A DNA stretch of 64,000 nt. Origin: Minisyncoccota bacterium (GTDB lineage: Bacteria; Patescibacteriota; Minisyncoccia; Minisyncoccales; JAGOPM01). This document shows positions 47,585-56,419 of this stretch, in pieces (position 1 is the stretch's first letter; every line of letters begins with the position of its first letter). Where the stretch lies: NCBI GenBank assembly GCA_041651395.1, contig JBAZJI010000001.1, positions 827,920 to 891,919 of the forward strand, in the 5' to 3' direction. Made by a program: the position numbers and the translations under genes. The notes under the pieces are model-generated. The model was not told the DNA's origin, made no database searches, and saw only the letters and a list, made by a program, of their open reading frames with translations.

Positions 47585-47643
47585 ATTTAATACAAAATAG
47601 TCCTTAAAAAACCTAGAAAAACAGGACAGAAAGGAATAAGACC

Positions 47644-48279
47644 GTGATCAGAATAGCCTTTGCTGGACCGCCATCTGTTGGTAAAACAATGCTGGCTCGC
47701 GAGCTCTCAGTAATTTTGAAAAAAATCAACTGCTGGGCAGATATGGTTAATGAGGCGCACCGGCCTTATCTTGTCCGCAATGTTTGGCCCCAGAATAGGG
47801 ACATCACTGCCAAAGACGAGTATGAAATGTTTTGCCGACAAATGGAAAACGAGCAAGACTTTGCTCAAGTCCAATCAGACTATGTTTTCCATGAAATGCC
47901 GCTTTTCCAAGATCTTATCTGGTTTCAACACAAAAAACTGGACAAAACTGCTGAAGGAAAACCATATTTCAACTTGATGGAGAAAGAATGCAATAGGGAC
48001 ACGCACAAATACGACCTCATTTTTCTTTGCAATCCAAAGAATGTCCCCAATGTCCGTCAGCGAGTAAGCAATGATGATAGGGAAGTCCTCTATAGGCTTA
48101 TTAAACAATATGTGGCCAATAAAAAGCCATATATTACCAATGTTTATGAGCTGAACGAAGGGGATTTTGATGAAAAGGTGAATAAAGTGTTGGAAAAACT
48201 TGCTTTTCACTATCCGGAAGTCTCAAGCAAGCTCGCAACTTATCGGACAAAGCATGGGAAAATAATGGAAATCATATAA
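47644..48279 (+). CDS. P-loop NTPase/kinase (AAA_28 / NadR-C-terminal-like, tentative)
   Basis: 211 aa with a GTG start and Walker A GPPSVGKT at residues 8-15. The size and N-terminal P-loop are typical of small-molecule kinases. Confidence 0.75.
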   Translation: MIRIAFAGPPSVGKTMLARELSVILKKINCWADMVNEAHRPYLVRNVWPQNRDITAKDEYEMFCRQMENEQDFAQVQSDYVFHEMPLFQDLIWFQHKKLDKTAEGKPYFNLMEKECNRDTHKYDLIFLCNPKNVPNVRQRVSNDDREVLYRLIKQYVANKKPYITNVYELNEGDFDEKVNKVLEKLAFHYPEVSSKLATYRTKHGKIMEII

Positions 48280-48289
48280 GAGGAGGAAA

Positions 48290-49354
48290 ATGGCAAAGCC
48301 ATATGTTAAACCGTTCAGGGTAATCAATGCGATTACCATTGATATTGGAGGGACAAATGTCCGCGTCAGCGCTGCGAGGTGTAACTATAATGCCAAAACC
48401 TGGAAATCATTGGCCAGAACCGTAATTTTCCGATCGCCAGCCAATCAAGAAGAACTGGAAAGGCAAATAGGGGACAGCATGGTTGCAATCAGAGATGAAT
48501 GCAAGGAGAAACTCGAAGTTGTTGCAGTTTGCGCTGCCGGGATATTGGACAGTCACAAATCGACTTTGATTTCATTGTGCAATCAGCCTGGCTGGGAAAG
48601 CATTAACTTCGAAGACATTACCAGAAAGTATTGCCCGGAGATCATGGTCACAGACGGATATTTCCCATATCCCGTTTATGTAGAAAACGATGCCAAATCA
48701 GCCGCTCTTGCACAGTATTATTTTGCCAAATATCCAAACAAGGAAAATCTCCTATACCTGACATGCTCAACAGGCATGGGTGCCGGCATTATTCAAGATG
48801 GCCTGCCATTACTTGGCGGACAGGGCTTGGCAGGGGAAGTAGGACACATGATTATCAGCACAGACCCAACTGCGCCGCTTTGCGGCTGCGGGCAACGGGG
48901 CTGCTGGGAAGCTTTTGTCGGTCTAAATAACTTTGCACGCAATGCCCGAATTTGGTTGGATTTTATTGAGCTTGATGAACCTTGGTATATGACGGCCAAA
49001 AATAGCGAGCAGGGCCTGCGCGCTGAGGATATTTTCCGAGCCGCTATTAAGGACAACGATGCCTCAGCTTATTATCTGGTTAAAAACTGGGTTGAGTACA
49101 TGGCTATTGGTTTAGGAAACTTAATCATGGCCTATAATCCATTGACCATTGTCTTGGGCACGGTTGTCCAATATTGGGGAGAGCCATTACTGCAAATGAT
49201 CCGCCAAGAACTGGAATATCGTTTTTATGGCATGCCAAGACAAATAGAACACTGCCTGCTTACAGCCAATCAGCTACCACGTCTCGAGGTCTTAGCGCCG
49301 CTAGCCGCTGCGCTCCGACACCATTCCTTGATCTATGGTTGGGAGATAAAATAA
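48290..49354 (+). CDS. ROK-family sugar kinase (no HTH domain)
   Basis: 354 aa with GAGGAGG upstream. It has DIGGTNVRV (the ATP-binding motif) and CGCGQRGCWEAF (the ROK Zn motif). It lies 10 nt after the P-loop gene. Confidence 0.9.
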   Translation: MAKPYVKPFRVINAITIDIGGTNVRVSAARCNYNAKTWKSLARTVIFRSPANQEELERQIGDSMVAIRDECKEKLEVVAVCAAGILDSHKSTLISLCNQPGWESINFEDITRKYCPEIMVTDGYFPYPVYVENDAKSAALAQYYFAKYPNKENLLYLTCSTGMGAGIIQDGLPLLGGQGLAGEVGHMIISTDPTAPLCGCGQRGCWEAFVGLNNFARNARIWLDFIELDEPWYMTAKNSEQGLRAEDIFRAAIKDNDASAYYLVKNWVEYMAIGLGNLIMAYNPLTIVLGTVVQYWGEPLLQMIRQELEYRFYGMPRQIEHCLLTANQLPRLEVLAPLAAALRHHSLIYGWEIK

Positions 49355-49367
49355 ACAGAATTAATAC

Positions 49368-49389
49368 CCGCGCCTTGCGCGGTTTTTTT
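49368..49389 (+). terminator. intrinsic terminator
   Basis: ccgcgc-ctt-gcgcgg followed by TTTTTTT. Confidence 0.8.
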
Positions 49390-49413
49390 ATCCCTTAAAC
49401 AAGAGATATGCGA

Positions 49414-49442
49414 TTGACAAAATATAGCTTTTATTTTACCAT
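49414..49442 (+). promoter_or_regulatory. sigma70-like promoter
   Basis: TTGACA (49414-19), 17-nt spacer, TACCAT (a weak -10). Confidence 0.4.
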
Positions 49443-49497
49443 ATATTTGCTTAGCAAAAAGGAGCTAAGCAAATTCATTTGCCAAAAAGGAGGCAAA

Positions 49498-50364
49498 ATG
49501 AGCAATATTAACAATCAAGGCGACACAAGGAGACATGCTTTTTACAGAAATCTCCGCAACTTTGGGGCTTGTGCTGGCATCTCTGCCATCATCTGCACCC
49601 TTATTTTGTCTGGCTTTGTTTTCAGCCAAAATGGGGAAATCTCCAAACTAGACACAATTATTTCCGCCATAGTTCAGGGCCAAGGCGATAGCAAGGATGA
49701 AATCGACACTGCCAAAAGGCTGATATTTGAAAAGGACAACGGAATTTTCATCCAATCAATCAGCCGGCTGGATGGCAGCGCTTGGAACACGGAAATCGTC
49801 GATGCGCTCATCAAAAAGCTTGACCCATCCAGGGTCAAGGTATTGCGCAATTACCGCAAGGTAAGCGTCATGCCTTTTGCCCACCTAATTTCCTACTACA
49901 CTAGTGAAAAGGACTTTGTAGCTGAAGTTATGCCAGTGCCACAAATAATGATCGTTATCCCGGCCAGCTACACAGTCAACGCAGAATTAGTAAACAACTA
50001 TAATTCTTTGGATCTATACCAGCCAGAAACAATCAAACGATTTGAAAATCTTTGGAAGGATTTAGGAATAAAAGTTGTTAGCATTAGCCAGATTGCTGAT
50101 GATGGCTACCAACATGGTGCACTAAGCGGTATCGAATCCTGCATTGTCGGCAGGGAAGAATGGGAAAATGCGCCACCACAAATAAGGATAGCAGAGGACC
50201 CAATTATCCGCGGATACTATAAAGGCCATTTACCAGAACTTAAAGAACAAAATCTTACCAAATTCTTGGATATCAACAGCGGAACAATAATGGTTGCCTA
50301 CAAAAAGCAGTCCTCCGACGAGATATTCCTGATGTTTTTTCAGCGCCCTTGGGGTCTAGGCTAA
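49498..50364 (+). CDS. N-terminally membrane-anchored protein, orphan
   Basis: 288 aa from ATG 49498, with AAGGAGG 5 nt upstream; the track ORF starts at 49408. The TM helix is ACAGISAIICTLILSGFVF. Confidence 0.75.
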   Translation: MSNINNQGDTRRHAFYRNLRNFGACAGISAIICTLILSGFVFSQNGEISKLDTIISAIVQGQGDSKDEIDTAKRLIFEKDNGIFIQSISRLDGSAWNTEIVDALIKKLDPSRVKVLRNYRKVSVMPFAHLISYYTSEKDFVAEVMPVPQIMIVIPASYTVNAELVNNYNSLDLYQPETIKRFENLWKDLGIKVVSISQIADDGYQHGALSGIESCIVGREEWENAPPQIRIAEDPIIRGYYKGHLPELKEQNLTKFLDINSGTIMVAYKKQSSDEIFLMFFQRPWGLG

Positions 50365-50378
50365 AATAAGGAGAAAAA

Positions 50379-50558
50379 ATGGTAAAAATTGAAATATTAT
50401 CAAAAAAAGACATGTCTGATCTGCATGAAGCCATCAAAAAGTGGCTCGAAAACAATAAAAGAGCCAAGATCATCTCACTGAGCCATTCTGAAGGAAATGA
50501 TGAGTTCAGGCAGCACAGGGCAACAGCGCTCATTCTTTATAAAGGGGATGCTTCATAA
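50379..50558 (+). CDS. 59-aa protein, Cse60-like (tentative); not in the ORF track
   Basis: AAGGAG is 6 nt upstream. The product is MVKIEILSKKDMSDLHEAIKKWLENNKRAKIISLSHSEGNDEFRQHRATALILYKGDAS. The pattern resembles small Cse60-family proteins, from memory. Confidence 0.6.
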   Translation: MVKIEILSKKDMSDLHEAIKKWLENNKRAKIISLSHSEGNDEFRQHRATALILYKGDAS

Positions 50559-50624
50559 AAAGGGAGACTTGGCCGGCAGTTAATTAAGACTAATAACCCA
50601 TCATAGCCCGCAATAGTGAGCTTT

Positions 50625-50650
50625 GCCGCGTAATAACACGCGGCTTTTTT
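50625..50650 (+). terminator. intrinsic terminator
   Basis: gccgcg-taataaca-cgcggc followed by TTTTTT. Confidence 0.8.
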
Positions 50651-50654
50651 ATAC

Positions 50655-50678
50655 AAAAATATCCGCTTTTGGCGGATA
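50655..50678 (-). terminator. intrinsic terminator of cca (minus strand)
   Basis: Read on the minus strand: tatccgcc-aaaa-gcggata followed by TTTTT. It is convergent with the previous terminator. Confidence 0.7.
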
Positions 50679-50702
50679 CTTCTTAATTTGAAATTGGTAT
50701 CT

Positions 50703-52148
50703 TTATACTCTATGCCTTTTCTTGATACTCTTATCTGCCTGTTCATTGGCGCTATCAATGCCTTTGCTGGCCTGCGCTCGCATAGAAAGTAATTCCTTTT
50801 CCGGCAACTGCGCCAACTGTTTGGCCATTTCCGCTAGTTTGTCTTTACCATTTAAGCTTGGGTCGTCGATTACGCGTTCCAACAATACATCTAAAATTTG
50901 GCCAATTTTTGGCCCCGGAGCCACACCTAAAAGCTGCATTAAATCATTGCCATTAAGCTTAAGCATTTTGGGGCTAATAGGGTCTTGGGATACTTTGTCT
51001 ATAATGTAGCGCAAGTGCCTGAGCTTGTAGGGCTCGGCCTTGGGGCAACCAGAACCAATGCGATCTGCTTGGCGCACCAACAAAAGGTCTTCCACATTTT
51101 GTGTGCCCACATTGCGAATGAGGCGGCGCACCGAGCTTTCAGTTACTTCGCCGGCATTGTAATAAAAGAGGTGGTAACGCACCAAAGAGACAACCTTTTC
51201 AGAATCTTTTTTGGAGAACCTTAAGCGCTCCATAATTTTGGCTGCCATGCGGCCGCCAACCACTTCATGTCCATAAAAAGTAGAATTAATTCCTTGGCCG
51301 CGCTTGGTCTTGGGCTTGCCGATATCGTGCAAAAGGGAGGCCAGTTTTACCAGGGCAGGGAAGTCTTTTTTATCCGCATATTCCAAACTTTTCAGCGAAT
51401 GTTCATAGACATCAAACTTGTGATGCTTGTTCTGGCCAACCTTATATCCCTCTAAAAGTTCGGGCAAAACAATTTGCAACAGGCCGGTTTCGCGCATCAG
51501 CTCAATGCCTTTATGGGCACGCGGGCAGGCCACTATTTTCACCAACTCGTCGCGCACGCGCTCGGCGGAAACATCTTTCAAATTTTTAGCCTTTTGGCAA
51601 ATGGCCTCAAAGGTTTTTTCTTCCAGCCTAAAACCCAAAACCGTGGTAAAGCGCACTGCGCGCATTAAGCGCAGAGCATCTTCTTCAAAGCGCTCAGAGG
51701 GTTCGCGCACTGCGCGCACCAGCTTGGCTTCCAAATCTTTTTGCCCTTCAAAAGGGTCAATGATATTTTTAGCCAAATCCAAAGCCATGGCATTGATGGT
51801 GAAATCGCGGCGGCTCAAATCCTCTTCAATGGTTTGGGCCCATTCCACCTTGCCCGGGTGGCGCCTATCCTCATACATGCTTTCAGTGCGAAAAGGGGTA
51901 ATCTCGATATTTTGTAAGAGGGGGTTTTTACTATTAGCCAAAACCGTGACCGTGCCAAAATTATTGGCATAAAAATTCTTAGGGAAAATTTCCTGTATTT
52001 GAACCGGGTTGGCATCAGTGGTAATATCCCAATCTTTAGGCTCCACACCCAAAAGCAGGTCGCGCACGCACCCGCCCACCGCATAGGCCTTAAAGCCCTT
52101 GCTCCCTAAAGTTTCCAAAATAGTTTTAACTTCTTGGGGTATATCCAT
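50703..52148 (-). CDS. cca: CCA-adding tRNA nucleotidyltransferase with HD domain
   Basis: 481 aa with AYAVGGCVRDLLLG...DWDITT (the PolyA_pol head) and LLHDIGKP (HD). None of the 6 tRNAs in this window encodes CCA. Confidence 0.92.
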   Translation of the reverse strand: MDIPQEVKTILETLGSKGFKAYAVGGCVRDLLLGVEPKDWDITTDANPVQIQEIFPKNFYANNFGTVTVLANSKNPLLQNIEITPFRTESMYEDRRHPGKVEWAQTIEEDLSRRDFTINAMALDLAKNIIDPFEGQKDLEAKLVRAVREPSERFEEDALRLMRAVRFTTVLGFRLEEKTFEAICQKAKNLKDVSAERVRDELVKIVACPRAHKGIELMRETGLLQIVLPELLEGYKVGQNKHHKFDVYEHSLKSLEYADKKDFPALVKLASLLHDIGKPKTKRGQGINSTFYGHEVVGGRMAAKIMERLRFSKKDSEKVVSLVRYHLFYYNAGEVTESSVRRLIRNVGTQNVEDLLLVRQADRIGSGCPKAEPYKLRHLRYIIDKVSQDPISPKMLKLNGNDLMQLLGVAPGPKIGQILDVLLERVIDDPSLNGKDKLAEMAKQLAQLPEKELLSMRAQASKGIDSANEQADKSIKKRHRV

Positions 52149-52185
52149 TGTTTGAATTATACAAAACTCTGACTTTTTTTATACC

Positions 52186-52214
52186 TTGACATATAATAAA
52201 AACAATATTATAAT
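52186..52214 (+). promoter_or_regulatory. consensus sigma70 promoter
   Basis: TTGACA (52186-91), 17-nt spacer, TATAAT (52209-14). Confidence 0.75.
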
Positions 52215-52282
52215 ATTAATGAACTTTTAGCAAGACTTTTGCTAAAAATGCTCGCGAAAAATCAAAGGAAGGAGATTATTGA

Positions 52283-52939
52283 ATGAAAAACAAAAAAGGA
52301 TTATTGGCGCCGCTGATTGCCTTGTCAATCGGCTTAGGGTTTTGGGGTGCTATCGGTTGGCAGTTGGTCCAAAACGGGCCGGGTGCACCACCCCAACAAG
52401 CAATCTCGCAAATGTTTCGCCTCCATGAGGCGGCAGTTAAGGAGGGTAAGAATATGTCTTTTGCCAAAAACGAACAGATACATCTGGAAACTTTTTGGCA
52501 GCCCACCCAAAATGTCGGCAGTGGGGAAGAGTGCCTCCTGGGCGCTTTTCGCATTGCCTCCAACATTAAGGGCAACACCAAAATTTTAGCTCTTTGCCCT
52601 TCATTTAGCCACTTCCCGCTGGATCTTTTCAGCGGCTTGCGCCTCTATTTTATTAATACTCAAGGGCTGCAAACCAGCCCCGTCTATACCTTGGAGTCTT
52701 ACAAATTCAGCTATGACCAAAACACTGGTTATAATGTTGTCCTTAACGACATCAAAAATTTTGTGCTCGTCGGAGGAGCTTCAGAAAGCGTAATCGCTAT
52801 CTCAGGGATTTGTAAAAAAACTGCTCCGGTAGTCGATTCAATATTGAGCATCGCGCCCGGAGGCACAGACGCTCTGACGCCTACCGGAAAAATAATCACC
52901 AATGAGTCCATGGCCCGAGTGCCATTTTTTGTACGATAA
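52283..52939 (+). CDS. secreted or N-anchored protein, orphan
   Basis: 218 aa with GGAAGGAG upstream and N-terminal hydrophobic segment LLAPLIALSIGLGFWGAIGW. Confidence 0.78.
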   Translation: MKNKKGLLAPLIALSIGLGFWGAIGWQLVQNGPGAPPQQAISQMFRLHEAAVKEGKNMSFAKNEQIHLETFWQPTQNVGSGEECLLGAFRIASNIKGNTKILALCPSFSHFPLDLFSGLRLYFINTQGLQTSPVYTLESYKFSYDQNTGYNVVLNDIKNFVLVGGASESVIAISGICKKTAPVVDSILSIAPGGTDALTPTGKIITNESMARVPFFVR

Positions 52940-52951
52940 GAAAGGAGGAAA

Positions 52952-53143
52952 ATGCTGAGCAAAACTTTTCGCCAAAGGCAAAGATTGAGTTCTGTGAGCT
53001 TTCGCCCTTTTGAATTGATGACTGAGGGGCAATACAAAACCATCTGTTGTAACCAACGCCGAAAAAATGCCGGCAAGGACCAAAAATATCTCCCCAAAAG
53101 CCAGCCCAAAACCCGCCACTACAAGGCTGCCTATTACTGCTAA
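52952..53143 (+). CDS. 63-aa very basic protein, orphan
   Basis: AAGGAGG is 4 nt upstream and a terminator follows directly. It is Lys/Arg/Gln-rich with CC and a C-terminal YYC. See the rejected antisense ORF. Confidence 0.55.
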   Translation: MLSKTFRQRQRLSSVSFRPFELMTEGQYKTICCNQRRKNAGKDQKYLPKSQPKTRHYKAAYYC

Positions 53144-53149
53144 AAACAT

Positions 53150-53184
53150 AGCCGCATCAATTAAGACCCGATGCGGCTCTTTTT
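53150..53184 (+). terminator. intrinsic terminator
   Basis: agccgcatc-(11-nt loop)-gatgcggct followed by cTTTTT. Confidence 0.75.
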
Positions 53185-53320
53185 ATATTCCACGACTTAA
53201 AAATTATTTTCCCATTCCCTCGGGCCTTGGGAAAACGCCAACCATCCTTCCTTAAGGCGGCAGGTGGCATTAATAAAATTTAAGCCAATTCGGGCTTGAT
53301 TTTATTAGTGACTTCGTGCA

Positions 53321-53349
53321 TTGATTTTTTGCCATTTTTATGGTATAAT
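53321..53349 (+). promoter_or_regulatory. sigma70 promoter with extended -10
   Basis: TTGATT (53321-26), 17-nt spacer ending in TGg, TATAAT (53344-49). Confidence 0.75.
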
Positions 53350-53385
53350 ATATTATGTTCTAGAAAAACCAAATAGGAGGATTAC

Positions 53386-54540
53386 ATGGCTGAAAAGACC
53401 GAAAAATTTTCACCGTTTTTTAAGACCGCTTCCGGCTTAGCTCTTTTAGGCTTGACGCTTTATGCGCTGGTAATCATCGTCTCTGGTCTTCTCAGATCTC
53501 TTGCCACCGGCATTACGATCTTCGAAACCATTAGAGGCGATATTCTCATTGTCACGGGCCTACCTATATATTTTGCCGCCATCTTTATTATCAAGATTGT
53601 GGACAAATTTATGCCTCAGCCCGTGCCAGAGCCCATTGCCAAAGTTGAGCCGGAAATTCTGGATATTCCCGAAGCCTCATTGCTTGCGGATTTCCAGAAT
53701 TATCAAAGCGACCCTGGCCCGCAAGCCAGTGCCAACACCATCCTGACTTTTCAAATCGCGCAAAGCCACATCAAGAGAATCTCTGGTCAGTTGGCTAAAG
53801 TGGCCGCCTGCACCAAGGCTAAAGATTTGAAAAAGGAAAGGACTGTTTTGCTGGAATACGTAAACACGGCCTTTGGCGATATGCGCCAAGACCGCCCACC
53901 ACTGCAGGCCGTCGATCTCATCGAAAGGCTTTGCCACACTCTACTCAAGCTCCCGCTGGAAGCCATCAACCGCTATAAGCATTGGCAAAATGAAAGGAAT
54001 ATTCTACTGGGATTTTGCCGCCTTTATGCCGATGACAGCGTCCGCCTCGCCAAGCTCAAAGATATTATTTCCCTTTATGCGCCCGAGGATGACATTGTCT
54101 GGATCTTGGAAGAAATCAACAGTCAGCGTTGCTTAAAAGACGAGCAGGCCGAAATTAAAGAAATCTGGGCCACGTTTTGCAAAAACAAAAGCCTTTGCCC
54201 GGATAAACTTTGGGCCATGGAACAGATGCTTGATTTACGCCGACAGCTTCTCCGCTGGCGCTACGCCAAGGATGTTCGCGATGTTCCACCGCCGCTGGTG
54301 GCTCTTGCCGGGATAATGGAAATTGCCGGGCCACTTAACCCCAGTGATGCGGAAAGATTCAAAACTCTTTTCAATTCACTTTTCTTCAGGCAACCCAGCT
54401 ATCAAGAAGTGGCAAAAATCACCCCGCTCATCGACATTGAAGCCCCGCTAGCCGTCTGCCACAGACGCCACAAAGTTCTTAGGCATCCGCAAGATCCGAT
54501 TCCCGGAAACAAGAAGAAAAAGAAAAAAGGGAAAAAGTAA
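53386..54540 (+). CDS. 2-TM-anchored protein with large helical cytosolic domain and poly-Lys tail, orphan
   Basis: 384 aa. TAGGAGG is 6 nt upstream. There are two N-terminal TM helices. The C-terminus is GNKKKKKKGKK. Confidence 0.8.
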   Translation: MAEKTEKFSPFFKTASGLALLGLTLYALVIIVSGLLRSLATGITIFETIRGDILIVTGLPIYFAAIFIIKIVDKFMPQPVPEPIAKVEPEILDIPEASLLADFQNYQSDPGPQASANTILTFQIAQSHIKRISGQLAKVAACTKAKDLKKERTVLLEYVNTAFGDMRQDRPPLQAVDLIERLCHTLLKLPLEAINRYKHWQNERNILLGFCRLYADDSVRLAKLKDIISLYAPEDDIVWILEEINSQRCLKDEQAEIKEIWATFCKNKSLCPDKLWAMEQMLDLRRQLLRWRYAKDVRDVPPPLVALAGIMEIAGPLNPSDAERFKTLFNSLFFRQPSYQEVAKITPLIDIEAPLAVCHRRHKVLRHPQDPIPGNKKKKKKGKK

Positions 54541-54598
54541 ATCAGGTCTAAATAATCACTCCAAGACAACCGTAAATAAAGGCCGCCAAGGCCTAAAA

Positions 54599-54628
54599 AG
54601 CCCCCTCCCAAAGGGGGCTTGTTTTTTT
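54599..54628 (+). terminator. intrinsic terminator
   Basis: agccccct-cccaa-agggggct followed by tgTTTTTTT. Confidence 0.8.
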
Positions 54629-54682
54629 GAAAACTGATGGTATGTTGCATTGCGCATCTTTAATAACAAAAGGAGGCCCTAG

Positions 54683-55054
54683 ATGGCCGAAGACCAAACG
54701 CAACAACGCAAGAAAAAACTGTTGGCGGATTTCAGGCGTGCCATTGGGCGCCTGCGACGGAAACTACGGTGGTGGTTTTTATACACTATAAAACCTTTGG
54801 GCAATGGGATGGGCTATGTTATCGAAAAATTATTCGGAGACGATTCTCTGCTTTTTCTGGCCCTACTCACTAAGGAAGATAAGCTAAACTATGAAACCAA
54901 CCGCGAAGAAATCAGAGAAAAAGCCGAGGAAGAATTAGGAAAATTTTCTCGGGAAGATGGTGTCGAAGTTTGGGAGTCAAAACGCTGCAAAGAAAATTAT
55001 TTCGATTCCCAAAACCACGAAAGGAGAGGGGAATATCATGAGCAAAACAAATGA
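54683..55054 (+). CDS. highly charged 123-aa protein, orphan
   Basis: AAGGAGG is 8 nt upstream. It has a basic N-terminus (RKKKLLADFRRAIGRLRRKLRWW) and an acidic C-terminal half. Confidence 0.75.
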   Translation: MAEDQTQQRKKKLLADFRRAIGRLRRKLRWWFLYTIKPLGNGMGYVIEKLFGDDSLLFLALLTKEDKLNYETNREEIREKAEEELGKFSREDGVEVWESKRCKENYFDSQNHERRGEYHEQNK

Positions 55055-55313
55055 CGATAAACCCAAGCAAAAACTCCGGCAAGAACGTAAAAACGTTTTA
55101 ACCGGAGCTGTCATTTTCACTATCTTATTTCTGCTGGCGACCTGGTATCTGGTGAGCGTTACCTTGCCCGAAGAGCTGATTGTCAGTATCATCGGCACTG
55201 TTATTTGTTTAGTCATGGTGGTAGCCATTATCCTTACCGCTATCCGGCAGTTAGCAAAGCTCAAGGCAGAAGAAAAAGAACTCCAACAAAGCCAAATAGC
55301 GGCTCAAAATTAA
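55038..55313 (+). CDS. small membrane protein, 2 TM, orphan
   Basis: 91 aa from ATG 55038 with AAGGAGAGGGG upstream. It overlaps the 3' end of the previous gene by 17 nt. The track ORF starts at 54957. Confidence 0.72.
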   Translation: MSKTNDDKPKQKLRQERKNVLTGAVIFTILFLLATWYLVSVTLPEELIVSIIGTVICLVMVVAIILTAIRQLAKLKAEEKELQQSQIAAQN

Positions 55314-55322
55314 AAAATTACA

Positions 55323-55345
55323 AATGGGTTTAAGGCCCATTTTTG
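55323..55345 (+). terminator. intrinsic terminator
   Basis: aatggg-tttaagg-cccatt followed by a T-run. Confidence 0.7.
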
Positions 55346-55351
55346 TTTTCC

Positions 55352-55379
55352 TTGATTTTTTTGAAAATAATGATATAAT
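55352..55379 (+). promoter_or_regulatory. sigma70 promoter with extended -10
   Basis: TTGATT (55352-57), 16-nt spacer ending in TGa, TATAAT (55374-79). Confidence 0.72.
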
Positions 55380-55417
55380 ATAATCATCAAATTAAAAACT
55401 ACATAAGGAGGTAGAGC

Positions 55418-56272
55418 TTGAACAATAAAACTCAAAAAGTATTGATTTTTGGCGCCTCGTCGGGCTTTGGCTTGGCTACAGCCAAATTCCTTGATAAGCG
55501 AGATTATCAAGTCATCGGTACCAGCCGCAAAAATTTTTTCTGTTCTAACCCATTCGGGTTTGAAATGCTAAGTTGCGATATCAGCATCCCGCATACCGTG
55601 GCTTGGGCTATCAAGGAAGCGCATAACAAACTCGGAGGGCTTGATGCCATCATCAACTGCGCCGGGCACGGGCTATCAGGAACCAGCGAAACGGCCACGC
55701 GGGAACAAGCGCAAGGGCAATTTGATGCTAACTACTTTGGCGCCGTTAATGTGCTTAATTGCGCCCTGCAACTGGTTGCAGGCCAAAAAGAGCCGCCGCT
55801 CAAGCTGATCCAGATTAGTTCGATTGCCGCTGCAGTGGGCGTCCCTTTCCAGCCTTATTACTCTGCCAGTAAAGCAGCCATTGAAATGCATTTTGAATCG
55901 GTAGATCGCGAACTTCTGGGCCAAGCTCTGCAGCTTGTACTTATAGAGCCGGGGGATTTTGCAACCAATTTCACAATCAACAGGAAAAAAACAGCATGCT
56001 TAAAAACAACCTCTCGAGATGAAAAATCAATCTACAATTCCTTGCGCAACCTCGCCTGTGAAAGGGCCATAGGGGAAATGGAGCGCTCAGAACAAAACGG
56101 CAGCAACCCGCAGGACCTCGCCCGGCTTATCGCCCGCATTTTGCAAATGCGCCAACCAAAACTCCGCTACCATATCGGCAAACCCCTGGAAATTCTCGCC
56201 CTCTACCTCAAACCCTTGTTGCCCCAAAACACTTTTCGCAGCCTTATCCGCGACAATTACAAAATTAAATAG
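55418..56272 (+). CDS. short-chain dehydrogenase/reductase (SDR)
   Basis: 284 aa with a TTG start 6 nt after AAGGAGG. It has GASSGFG, NCAG and S..YSASK catalytic motifs. Confidence 0.9.
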   Translation: MNNKTQKVLIFGASSGFGLATAKFLDKRDYQVIGTSRKNFFCSNPFGFEMLSCDISIPHTVAWAIKEAHNKLGGLDAIINCAGHGLSGTSETATREQAQGQFDANYFGAVNVLNCALQLVAGQKEPPLKLIQISSIAAAVGVPFQPYYSASKAAIEMHFESVDRELLGQALQLVLIEPGDFATNFTINRKKTACLKTTSRDEKSIYNSLRNLACERAIGEMERSEQNGSNPQDLARLIARILQMRQPKLRYHIGKPLEILALYLKPLLPQNTFRSLIRDNYKIK

Positions 56273-56292
56273 CTTCCTTTGGAGGCTTTTTT
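56271..56292 (+). terminator. intrinsic terminator
   Basis: agcttcc-ttt-ggaggct followed by TTTTT. Confidence 0.65.
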
Positions 56293-56333
56293 CTTTATGG
56301 AAATTGTTTACTTAATTTGCTACCCTTACTTAT

Positions 56334-56405
56334 GCCCCTGTAGCTTAATGGATAGAGCACTGGTCTTCGGAACCGGTGATGCGGGTTCGATTCCTGCCAG
56401 GGGCA
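56334..56405 (+). tRNA. tRNA-Arg (anticodon TCG)
   Basis: Acceptor GCCCCTG/CAGGGGC, D-arm GCTT-AATGGATA-GAGC, anticodon arm CTGGT-CTTCGGA-ACCGG, T-arm GCGGG-TTCGATT-CCTGC. No CCA is encoded. Confidence 0.92.
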
Positions 56406-56419
56406 CTAATAAAAATAAT

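Noticed and set aside
52838-53149. Minus-strand 103-aa ORF starting with a convincing hydrophobic segment (MFLAVIGSLVVAGFGLAFGEIFLVLAGIF), antisense to the 63-aa basic ORF; considered as a type I toxin-like peptide
   Set aside because: It has no SD or promoter. A strong hairpin terminator sits immediately upstream of its ATG in that orientation. It would run through the SD and 3' end of neighbouring plus-strand genes. The plus-strand ORF has a perfect SD and terminator. A hydrophobic antisense frame is expected opposite a Lys/Arg/Gln-rich frame. Some ambiguity remains.
54505-54540. A-rich run encoding the GNKKKKKKGKK tail of the 384-aa protein, considered as a slippery frameshift site
   Set aside because: No downstream ORF exists in the +1 or -1 frame, and a terminator follows. 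It is most simply a basic C-terminal tail.
56279-56419. N-terminal 47-codon extension of the HMA ORF (track start 56279)
   Set aside because: The extension covers the SDR terminator and the whole tRNA-Arg(TCG). The HMA domain begins at Met 56420.
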